From: Octopus sinensis
Lineage: Eukaryota
DNA length: 16,603 nucleotides
NCBI RefSeq assembly: GCF_006345805.1
Contig: NW_021825045.1
Location: 1-16,603 of the forward strand
Direction: 5' to 3'
The translations under genes were made by a program, and so were the position numbers. The stretch's first letter is position 1. Every line of letters begins with the position of its first letter. Below are positions 1-9,292 of this stretch, piece by piece. The notes beneath the pieces are model-generated. The model saw only the letters and a list, made by a program, of their open reading frames with translations, was not told the DNA's origin and searched no databases.

Positions 1-61
1 ACGCACGCGCACGCGCACACACATACACTCACAAAAACACACCCACCTTTGACGACTCTGA

Positions 62-190
62 CCTTGCCTCCTCTCTTTGCTCTCTCTCTCTCTCTTTCTT
101 TGCCTGATGTCCTCTCCCTCTTTGTCTCCTGTTTTCTCACCCTTTCTTTTTCTTCCTCTCTCTTACTATTTTGTCCTCTCTCTCACCTTG

Positions 191-228
<38 letters not shown>

Positions 229-240
229 CTCTCTCTTCTT
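62..240. repeat. CT-rich polypyrimidine / (CT)n microsatellite tract
   Basis: Seen: almost pure C/T sequence with (CT)n runs. Confidence 0.9.
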
Positions 241-361
241 TACCATTTATACTTGTGTAATTGTGATAATGTTGCCATTTGAGCGACATATTCTGGCTTT
301 TGTACACAGTTTAAATAACAAAAGACGGTGGAATTGCAGGCACCAATGCACACCCAAATAC

Positions 362-480
362 TGCACCAGCATTACCAACAGCACCACCACCACTGCCACT
401 ATCACCGTCACCATTATCACCACCACTATTACCAACACCACCACCACCACCACCACCATCACCACCAGCTCCACTTCAAC
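362..480. repeat. Degenerate (CAC)n trinucleotide repeat
   Basis: Seen: CAC/CAT/TAC triplet run. Confidence 0.9.
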
Positions 481-825
481 CGCTACTGAAAATAACCAAC
501 AAAATTACTAAAATAGCGTGGAGTATGTACGATGGAGAGAAAGAGAGAAAGAAAGAAATGGATTGACGATGATTGAATGAATGAAACAGAACAGGGTGTG
601 TGTAAGAGAATGAGGGAGATGGAGAAAGAGAGTGGGGGAATGAATCAATGAGAAAGAATCATACAGACAAAATTACAGATAAAATCAATGATCGGAAGAC
701 ACAAAATAAAAAAATGAATAAAAGAGAGAAAAGGAAAGAAACAACCACGCATGAAGAATCGATAAAGGCAAATTGAAAAACCACACAACAATAAAAAAAA
801 CACCACACCCAAACATATAAAAAAC

Positions 826-899
826 GAAAAATGACAATAACAATAACAAGACTAACGATAAAAATAATGATCAATAATAATAATAACAACAACAATTAC

Positions 900-965
<66 letters not shown>

Positions 966-999
966 TATCATTATTATCATTATCATTATTATTATTATC

Positions 1000-1032
<33 letters not shown>

Positions 1033-1065
1033 TTTGCTATCATTATTATTATTATTATCATCATA
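826..1065. repeat. Compound (AAT/AAC)n then (TAT/CAT)n trinucleotide microsatellite
   Basis: Seen: AAT/AAC run switches near 898 to a long TAT run with interspersed CAT. Confidence 0.95.
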
Positions 1066-1140
1066 AGGTAAGTGAGCAATAAAGAGAAATGTAAAAAATG
1101 TATGAATATATAATAATCAGATATTACAAATACATTTAAA

Positions 1141-1242
1141 CAAACACAACACACGCACGTACGCACATGTCCATATAGACACATATATATATGTTTATAC
1201 ATCTGTACTATAAATACATACACGGGCACGCACATACACGTG

Positions 1243-1287
<45 letters not shown>

Positions 1288-1390
1288 TTACACGCGAACA
1301 CGTACATATACATGCACAAGCTGTATACATACCTACAGTTACACATACAAATGCGCATTCATACATACATACATACATACATACATACAT
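1141..1390. repeat. Mixed (CA)n/(TA)n/(TACA)n microsatellite
   Basis: Seen directly. Confidence 0.9.
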
Positions 1391-1638
1391 TTAGTGCAGA
1401 CCAAACAGATATTCACGCATGTTATATAGTGTGTAATAATTTAGTCTGTGAAATAACAACCATTATGAATCGATCATGTGAATAATGAACACAGTGATTG
1501 CCAGTTGATTTATTTCTAATAGCGGAAGTGATGATTTTCCAATCAATACAAGTCACTAATGGCGCGCATCTGAAGTGTCTTGGTGTGTGTATACAAGCAT
1601 GTGCATTCGAGAATTCACGTGTGTATGTGCTTTACGTA

Positions 1639-1640
<2 letters not shown>

Positions 1641-1669
<29 letters not shown>

Positions 1670-1717
1670 TGTATGTATGTATGTATGTATGTATGTATGT
1701 ATGTATGGATGCATGTA

Positions 1718-1788
<71 letters not shown>

Positions 1789-1790
1789 TA
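1641..1790. repeat. (ATGT)n followed by (AT)n microsatellite
   Basis: Seen: ATGT run 1641-1706, AT run about 1721-1779. Confidence 0.95.
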
Positions 1791-1913
1791 AAAGTTCGTT
1801 TGAAAATCGACTTCCAAATCATTAATCCTTTTCATTTATTAATTAAGACGTCGGTGTGTGTTGGTGTGCATGTGTGATATATATGTATGCATGCATATGT
1901 GTATCTGTGTGAA

Positions 1914-1944
<31 letters not shown>

Positions 1945-2109
1945 TTCACACATATTTTGAGAGTATTGTGGATGAGTATATTCTTATAGTTGCGCTTGTG
2001 TGTGTATGTAGGTCGTTCTAAACAAACATGTATAGCCTTGAAACCCAGGTAACTACATAAATTCTGAAATATGTATGTGTGCGATCATGTCTATCTGACG
2101 ATTCTTACA

Positions 2110-2239
2110 CACGCATATACATACACACACATACACATACACACACAAATGCATATGTGTATATATATATGTATATATGCATTCACACATATGCATGTGT
2201 GAATACATATGTATACATATGCATGTGCGAATATATATG

Positions 2240-2279
<40 letters not shown>

Positions 2280-2482
2280 GTGTGTGTATGTGTGTGTGTG
2301 TGTGTAATACATGCATATATATGTATATATATATATATGTAAATATATATATATTATAATGTGTGTGCGTGTATGAGTATATATATGTATATATATGTAT
2401 GTGTGCGTTATATATGTTTAAACATATATGTATGTGCTTGTATGTGGATATATATATGTGTGTGTGTGTGTACATATATATA
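2110..2482. repeat. Mixed (CA)/(TA)/(TG) dinucleotide low-complexity tract
   Basis: Seen directly. Confidence 0.9.
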
Positions 2483-3419
2483 TGATCATAATTTCTGTTT
2501 TGACTGTACCAATAAATGTAATAACAATGTCAAATTCAGAGGCATAAATAGAAACACGTATCTACCCACATCAGCAAACGTGTTCGCGCTCTACGTCTCT
2601 GTATGTCTGTGTTTAATTCAATGTAAATATGAATGTATATTTTTATATGTGATTATAAAAGACTCGAGAATATAACGAGCGAATGGCTTGATAAAGGAAT
2701 GACAGACTTAACGAATGCATTAGCGAATTGGTATTATCGGTATATTTCATACGCATTCATCTTTAGGGTCAGGACATAACACATCGAAGCAATTACATCA
2801 GAGCGTGTTCCCGCGCTGGATGTAATCAATGAGAATTTACAGCGGAAACGTCATCAAACATTCCCGAGGGAGCAAACATTTCGATCAAACATTGTTTTAT
2901 ACGTCAAACAAATACTGAATACTAAAAAAATCATTGAGGCGGCGCAGACATGTTTGTTCAAGAAATAATGAATTTCTCCTCCCTTGTTGTCCGTTAGATA
3001 TGGCTTTTGTTTTATTTGGTATTTTCTCTTTCATTTTTGTTAATTGATCACGTCATTACAAAATGTCGGCTATATTTTTGAGTTGCTTTATGAAGCAATC
3101 CCATTTTATCAATCCTAACGTGTTACACCCGCTCACACATACAGACACAAGAGACATATACAAGTACACCTAATCTCTGTATGCGTGTGTATTACATTAT
3201 ATTGTTTTATATTATATTATTTGCATAAATACTATTTATATCAAATACATTATATCTTATAATATATATATCATACTATATTATGCAAGTCGAATACAGC
3301 ACTATTGCCGCTGTCTTTTGGTATACCCACGTTAAGTAAGATATATATATATATTGTTATTCGGTACTATACTGCTTCAGTAGCTAATTATGAATATATT
3401 ACCCAGTCCGCCTGCCATT

Positions 3420-3609
3420 TAGTTAGTTAGTTAATTTTTTGGCTCAAAAAGCAAAACGCAAGGCCATGTAGGGGGACATGGAGTTATGTACAGGGTGGTG
3501 TTGATGTAAAGAGTTCAGGCCACTTGAGGTCAAGGGAGATTTTGAACCGAGCGGTCGTCGGCATCTTCACCCTCTTTTCTGGCAGCTTATTCCACGGATC
3601 CGCAACCCG
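3420..3609 (-). mobile_element. 5'-truncated 3' end of a CR1/L2-group LINE (ORF2 C-terminus, 3'UTR, tandem-repeat tail)
   Basis: Seen: minus-strand 3609-3487 translates to RVADPWNKLPEKRVKMPTTARFKISLDLKWPELFTSTPPCT, stop at 3486-3484. A 6-bp stem-loop follows (CCATGT/ACATGG, 3464-3481), then an A6 plus (TAAC)3 tail. Established: RV..WN.LP...FK..LD..W is the conserved ORF2 C-terminal motif of CR1/L2-group LINEs, which end in a stem-loop and short tandem repeats. Confidence 0.8.
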
Positions 3610-4162
3610 GCGGTCGTTTCCGCACATGATCGTTCCTGTGCGGATTCTTCCTCATCTGCCTTTTCGGTCCCGGAGGCTTCCCAACCTAATTTGAGGAGCG
3701 TAGACTCAAACCCACCTGAAGACCGTTGTTCTCCCAAAAAGAAGAAACGTAGTCAAAACTCCAGTGGGGGACATTTAGCTACGAAACCTGCTCACAATAA
3801 AATCTGTTTGGATTCTCCCTCACTTGTCCTTCCCATTAATGCCATTGCTCAACCAATTTGCTACACCAGATACTGATTAATCACTGTTTTTCTATATATC
3901 AAGAGAGGCGAATTTTTTTATTGAAGAGGTTGGTAGTGGCTAATTGCTACCGATGAAACCATGTGATCTAAGAATTCCAACGCCGCTTTTCGACACTTCT
4001 GGTCTGCTGATTTTTTAACACTATATTTCTATACGAGATGCTTTCTCAATGCGTATATCACAACATTGTCATATTCTATTAGCACAACTACGTTAAGATA
4101 TACAGAATGATATTCAGTATTAATTCTACTTCCGTCACCAATAAGGAATATTATGCTTTATA

Positions 4163-4237
4163 GCATGGCTGTGTGGCAAGAGGCATGCTTCCAATCACAT
4201 GGGTCTCGGTTCAGTCCCACTGCGTGGCACCTAAGGC
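4163..4237 (+). mobile_element. Isolated tRNA-like head of SINE family A
   Basis: Seen: GGCTGTGTGG...GGTTCAGTCCCACTGCGTGGCACC matches the heads of the copies at 15541 and 14193(-). Confidence 0.85.
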
Positions 4238-4588
4238 ATATAAAAGAAATACAATATAAAATAACATGAAATACCATGAGTGAACAAGCTCGAACAACTA
4301 GAGACCACAGTCAAAATTTCTTAACGGGACACCCTACAAATTTTAAAGAAAGGTAGCGTACATTGAGTAATGTAGTCTTTGATACCCAATATCATCAACA
4401 TAATTACAAATCAAAATACCAACGCCACTGAAGCCGCCTAGAGAGCCTCCACTTCGTTGTTTCACTTGCTATATCTAGCAGATCTCTCTTTTAAATCGAC
4501 CTGTACAGTTTTGAATATCATGAAGGGATAGCACATTGATTGATGTAGTTTTATGTCGACAACATTACAATAGAAACATCCACAATAC

Positions 4589-4784
4589 TTATTTCTTTAC
4601 TACCCACAAGGAGCTAAACACAGAGGGAACAAACAAGGACAGAAAAACGGATTAAGTCGGTGTAAGTGGTACTTATTTAAGCAAAGTCGACCTCGGCGGA
4701 ATTTGAACTCAGAACATAAAGACAGACGAAATACTACTTAACATTTCGCCCGGCGTGCTAACGTTTCTGCCAACTCGCCGCCTT
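4589..4784 (-). mobile_element. tRNA-derived SINE family B with 15-bp target-site duplication
   Basis: Seen: minus-strand head GGCGGCGAGTTGGCAGAAACGTTAG (A-box-like) and GAGTTCAAATTCC (B-box-like). Flanked by identical AAACATCCACAATAC at 4574-4588 and 4785-4799. Confidence 0.9.
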
Positions 4785-5139
4785 AAACATCCACAATACC
4801 AGAGGCTCTGAGACCAAAGTGAGAGCTTCAACGTAATTGTGCGACCTGGTAAAGGCAGCAGCTAAATCACACCGACCCCATTCCAATCGCTCCATAACAT
4901 CTCAGAAATGTCCCAATGGGCTTTATAATCCTTGCATATAGGAGAAAATATAGCATGGTCACGGCTGGGATGTCTCCTTCAAATCAAACCTTAGCATTTT
5001 GGAATAATAACCCATAAGATGACACGTTCCTTGGTTCCTTGTACAGAGGATTAAGAAACAGGTTAGTCCCTGTTGGAAAATCTTTCAATCATAGATCGAC
5101 TCGATGAGTATTGCCCTAGGTCTGAACAACAGCTAAAAG

Positions 5140-5275
5140 CAACTCAACAACCTCAACAACAAAAACAATATCAATAACAGCAACAAACGCAATGCTATGA
5201 GTCAACGATGAACTATGGCCAGATAGCAACAATAGGACCAACGGCAACACTTACAACAACAACGATAACCACAAT
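5140..5275. repeat. Degenerate (CAA)n tract
   Basis: Seen directly. Confidence 0.75.
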
Positions 5276-5640
5276 ATTAGTGCAAAAAAAAGCGATATGA
5301 TACGTGAGGACAACGTTGGCAGTGAGTCTCCCGCAATTTAACAACAAACCGCACACGCACACATGCACCAATCACACACACACTCACAAAAATACACCAG
5401 CACGCATATATGTATGTATTCACTAGAACAATTAACCATCCCAGAATCCCCGTCGCCGAAAAATACAAAAAACAAAAATGCGAACTACGACCAAACGCAT
5501 GGAAACAAAGTAAATGCAAAATCCAATTCTAGCGGAAAGAGTAGTAAATAAAAATATAGCAGAAAAATACTCTACTACATCACAAATCTGTCAAAATCTG
5601 ATATTTGTCCAATAACAATTGTATTAAACTGTTTACAACC

Positions 5641-5930
5641 ACAGAGTCTATGCAACAACAAGAAAGAAAATAACAACAACACCGGAGTCTAGAGCAGCTG
5701 GAATAATAACAAGAATAATAACAACGGATTCTACACCAGCGCGAATAACAATAACAACAGAGTCTACATAAAGAATAACTAAAAGATAATAACAACAAGA
5801 ACAGAGTCTACAACGACAAGAAGAATAACTAAACCGACAGGTTCTATAATAACAGCAGAGACTACGAGGAGAATAATAACAAGAATAGAAGTCTATCACA
5901 ACAACACGACTAATAATACCAGTCTACAAA
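5641..5930. repeat. Cryptic minisatellite: about 9 ACAGAGTCTA-like anchors separated by AAC/AAT/AAG-rich linkers
   Basis: Seen: exact ACAGAGTCTA at 5641, 5757 and 5801; variants at about 5682, 5724, 5837, 5855, 5887 and 5918. Confidence 0.8.
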
Positions 5931-6394
5931 AATAAGAACAGCAACAGTTAGAAGAGAAATAATACGAACAACAATAACAATAGTAATGATGAAAAAATGA
6001 AGTAGAAGTAACGAAAAAAAAAAAAAAACAGAAATACTAGACAACATCGATAATTCAATTTTGTATTAAATGAAAAAAATTGTGTGTAAATAATAAAATA
6101 AATAAAAGATAAAGCGAGAAAAAAAAAATGGTACATTTCCTATTTGTGAACTTTTAGCTATAATTCTGCTATTTTGTTCACAAAGGTTACAAAGGAGTCA
6201 CAGAAAAATTGGTTTAAAAAGTGAGAGAATAATGGAAGAATGAAAAAGAGGAAGAGATGGGTACGAAGGAATTGGAAGGAAACCAAACCAAAAAAAAAAA
6301 AGTAAACAAGAAGAATAGGGGTTTTAAAATCCCCACCCCACTGGCTCATTCCACATTATTACGCATATATAGACTGATTGTAAATGGAAATAAA

Positions 6395-6410
6395 CACATA
6401 CATACATACG

Positions 6411-6464
<54 letters not shown>

Positions 6465-6666
6465 ATATATATTGATATTGCTATCTTTATCTCTATTAAC
6501 TATAATCATATATATCTATAGATATTTCTATCTATCTATCTATCTATCTATGTATATATATATATATATATATATGACTAACTATCTCTTTATTTATCGA
6601 TCTATCTAACTATATGAATACATGAACACAGATACACTCGTACAAACACATAATATATGTATTTAC

Positions 6667-6720
<54 letters not shown>
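6395..6720. repeat. (TA)n and (CTAT)n compound microsatellites
   Basis: Seen directly. Confidence 0.9.
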
Positions 6721-6721
<1 letters not shown>

Positions 6722-6866
6722 GATGTAAGCCCTGGGTTCGACATCAGGAGGTGTGGGTCTAGTTCGAGAGTTCTAGAGTTGTGGGGAGCATAGAGCACCC
6801 ATTAATTACCGTTACTTCAAGGTCCGTTCTGCTCCGGAACGGACGTAAAGACACCAATAAATTAAA

Positions 6867-7737
6867 CAGGGATAGTGGATGTTATTGTTATTTTTAAGTC
6901 GAAGGGAAAGCAGGTATTCTAGGAAAAAGACACTCTGACATCAAAATTGTAGTCAAATACAATGAACGAATGTGCGGGACAAACGATTTGTACAAAATTT
7001 TATCACTCCAATCCAATGTCGTACCGACAATGACGTGAAAATCATATCCGTGCATATGCAAAGACGCTTGCAGGAGTCCCATCTAAATAGATGTTCCAGG
7101 GATAGTGGATGATGCTGTTATTCTTAACAATGTTGTGGGGAAGACAGAAAGATACTCTGGCATAAAAGTGCAATCAAACTTGTCAAATACATTTCACTGG
7201 AACCTACTACAATGACCGAGTGAGCGTACCGCTATTCTTTTATTTGTTTTCAGTCATTTGACTATGACCATACTGGAGCACCACCGCCTTTAGTCGAACA
7301 AATCGACCCCAAGATTTATTCTTTGCAAGCCTGTTACTTATTCTATCAGTCTCTTTTTGCTGAACCGCTAAGGTATGGAGACATAAACACACCAATATCG
7401 GTTGCCAAGCGATGGTGGGGGGAACAAACACAGACGCACAAACACACATATATACACACACACACACACACGACGGACTTCTTTCAGTTTCCGTCTACCA
7501 GATCCACTCACAAGGCTTTGGTCTGCCCGAGGCTATAGTAGAAGACACTAAAGGTGCCACGCGGTGGGACTGAACCCGAAACCATGTGGTTGGTAAGCAA
7601 GCTACTTACCAAACAGCGCTACTTACCAAACACTCCTGCGCCTAATTATTTCATTCCTTAATCTGTTTTGTATTTTATAAAATCCTATATCGATGGATGC
7701 GTGGTGTGAAAATCATATCCGTGCATATGTAAAGACG
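6867..7737. repeat. Old local duplication of a roughly 230-bp unit; second copy interrupted by a SINE
   Basis: Seen: CAGGGATAGTGGATG at 6867 and 7097; shared ACTCTG.CAT and GTCAAATAC blocks; a 32-mer at 7035-7066 and 7706-7737 with 31/32 identity. Confidence 0.65.
7233..7642 (-). mobile_element. Full-length SINE family A (tRNA-like head, CORE-like segment, internal CA/TG microsatellite, 3' domain)
   Basis: Seen: collinear with copies at 13775-14193(-) and 15541-16010(+). Head carries a tandem duplication of GCTACTTACCAAA (7601-7630). Confidence 0.92.
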
Positions 7738-7855
7738 AAAGCAAATAAAAACAATCAGGTTAAACGTGAAACCGGTATCATCAGACAAAAAGAAACAACA
7801 CTCATCATGCATTATTTACATTCGGCGGATATTTGTCTTCATATTTTTTGTTGTT

Positions 7856-7901
7856 AACACAAGGTTTCGGCTGATATGCCCTCCAGCCTTCATCGGGTGG
7901 C
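7856..7901 (-). ncRNA. Degenerate minimal type-I hammerhead ribozyme motif (probably inactive)
   Basis: Seen on minus strand: GCCAC-CCGAUGA-A-GGCUG..CAGCC-GAAA-CCU-U-GUGUU. U4C in the core, and the stem III palindrome ACGU has become ACCU. Confidence 0.65.
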
Positions 7902-7942
7902 TTGGGGGAAATTCCGCGAACCCAGGTTCGAAATTTCCCCAA

Positions 7943-7988
7943 GACACCTGATGAAGGCTGGAGAGTATATCAACCGAAACGTTGTGTT
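7943..7988 (+). ncRNA. Minimal type-I hammerhead ribozyme motif with intact catalytic core
   Basis: Seen: stem I GACAC (7943-7947)/GUGUU (7984-7988); CUGAUGA (7948-7954); extra A; stem II GGCUG/CAACC with one mismatch; GAAA (7976-7979); palindromic ACGU as stem III; predicted cleavage triplet GUU (7981-7983). Established: CUGANGA...GAAA...NUH hammerhead core. Confidence 0.75.
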
Positions 7989-8283
7989 AACAACAAAAAA
8001 GATGAGGACTCAAAATGTCAATTGTAAATAATGTAAACAATGTACATAATTCTTCATCTCTTAAATATAGAACTGAGCACTCATCATCTTCATCATATAT
8101 GGATACCAAATCGATTCATACATGGACCGAAAGTGTAGAGAATTCTCAATGTTACTGGAATAATACCAATTCGATGTTTATTTCGTAGTTTATATAATAT
8201 TATTCCGGCGATAATCTTATAGAAAAGTGTTGATGAAACAAGTGTAATAAAATGAGTTGCTCACACTATTCTCCTTGTTACTG

Positions 8284-8284
<1 letters not shown>

Positions 8285-8323
<39 letters not shown>

Positions 8324-8412
8324 TGTATATATATGAATATATATATTTATATATGCATGCATGCATACATACATACACACGCACACATACATACATACAT
8401 ACATACATACAC
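8285..8412. repeat. (CA)n, (TA)n and (CATA)n microsatellites
   Basis: Seen directly. Confidence 0.9.
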
Positions 8413-8948
8413 AATCCAAAGTTTGAAAGAGACGGGCTTCTGATAGGGGACCTGCGAAATTTTAAGTCACGTAGAACCGTATCAAATTGTTTTAATATGT
8501 ATGCATGAGTATGTGTGTGTACGCGCGTGCGCGTGGCTGTCACTTATAGATTCCCCCTATCAGTCTCTTACACACGTATGCATTCATACAAACACACATA
8601 CACACACGCGCGCGTACACACACATTCATACAACTACACACACATAATCATGATATCTATAATAATGATGTTTACGAATATCGCTCTTTTTAAACCGAAC
8701 GGCAAGTAATATTAACAACATCAACAACAATAAATGACTTTGTTACTGGGTCAACAATGCAAAATAATAATCAAAAAAACAGCAGCACAAAAATTTTTTT
8801 CCAATTCAACCGTAAAGAGGTTTTTTTGCCCTTTTCTTTGGAGTTGAATTCTAAATTCTTCAAATATTTTACATATAATACAAAACAATAAAATAAACTA
8901 AAAATGTTATTCAATTATAAGGATATATTTCTATGCATATGTATTTCC

Positions 8949-8951
<3 letters not shown>

Positions 8952-8998
<47 letters not shown>
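8952..8998. repeat. Perfect (TG)n
   Basis: Seen directly. Confidence 0.95.
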
Positions 8999-9001
<3 letters not shown>

Positions 9002-9138
9002 GGAATAGTGCGTTATATATTGTGTGAGTGTGTATTTATATTTCCTAAAGGGAACGGTCGGTGTTATTATCAAAAGTTTGCGGATCTAATTTGTAGATAA
9101 AATCGTATTTTGTTTCTTCCTCAGTGACGGCTGTTGTC

Positions 9139-9162
9139 GGTGGTGGTGGTGGTGGTGGTGGT
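9139..9162. repeat. (GGT)8
   Basis: Seen directly. Confidence 0.9.
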
Positions 9163-9292
9163 GTGTGGATAATGTTTTGTTATGTGTATATATTTGTGTG
9201 TATGTGTGACGGTAAAGAATCATTTAGGGTTCTCTCTAGGCACACAGCAAAACTACTAGGAGAATGAAAACTCCAAAATCAAACAACACATG

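Larger units (their letters stand above)
7809..8077. mobile_element. Fold-back (palindromic) non-autonomous retroelement carrying two hammerhead-like motifs, flanked by a 10-bp TSD
   Basis: Seen: arms of about 110 bp (7810-7922 and 7925-8033) are inverted copies centred on CGAACC-CA-GGTTCG. CACTCATCAT is repeated directly at 7799-7808 and 8078-8087. Confidence 0.85.

Noticed and set aside
1065-1073. Perfect donor consensus AAG|GTAAGT
   Set aside because: Upstream is a pure TAT/CAT microsatellite with no credible exon or acceptor; one 9-mer match is not enough.
49-2675. Numerous ORFs (poly-Tyr, poly-Ile, poly-Thr, YI/CV repeats)
   Set aside because: They are translations of di-, tri- and tetranucleotide microsatellites that lack stops in several frames; no domain-like sequence.
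5641-5930. CRISPR-like repeat-spacer appearance
   Set aside because: Anchors are only about 10 bp and degenerate, spacers are low-complexity and similar to each other, there are no cas genes, and the context is eukaryotic.
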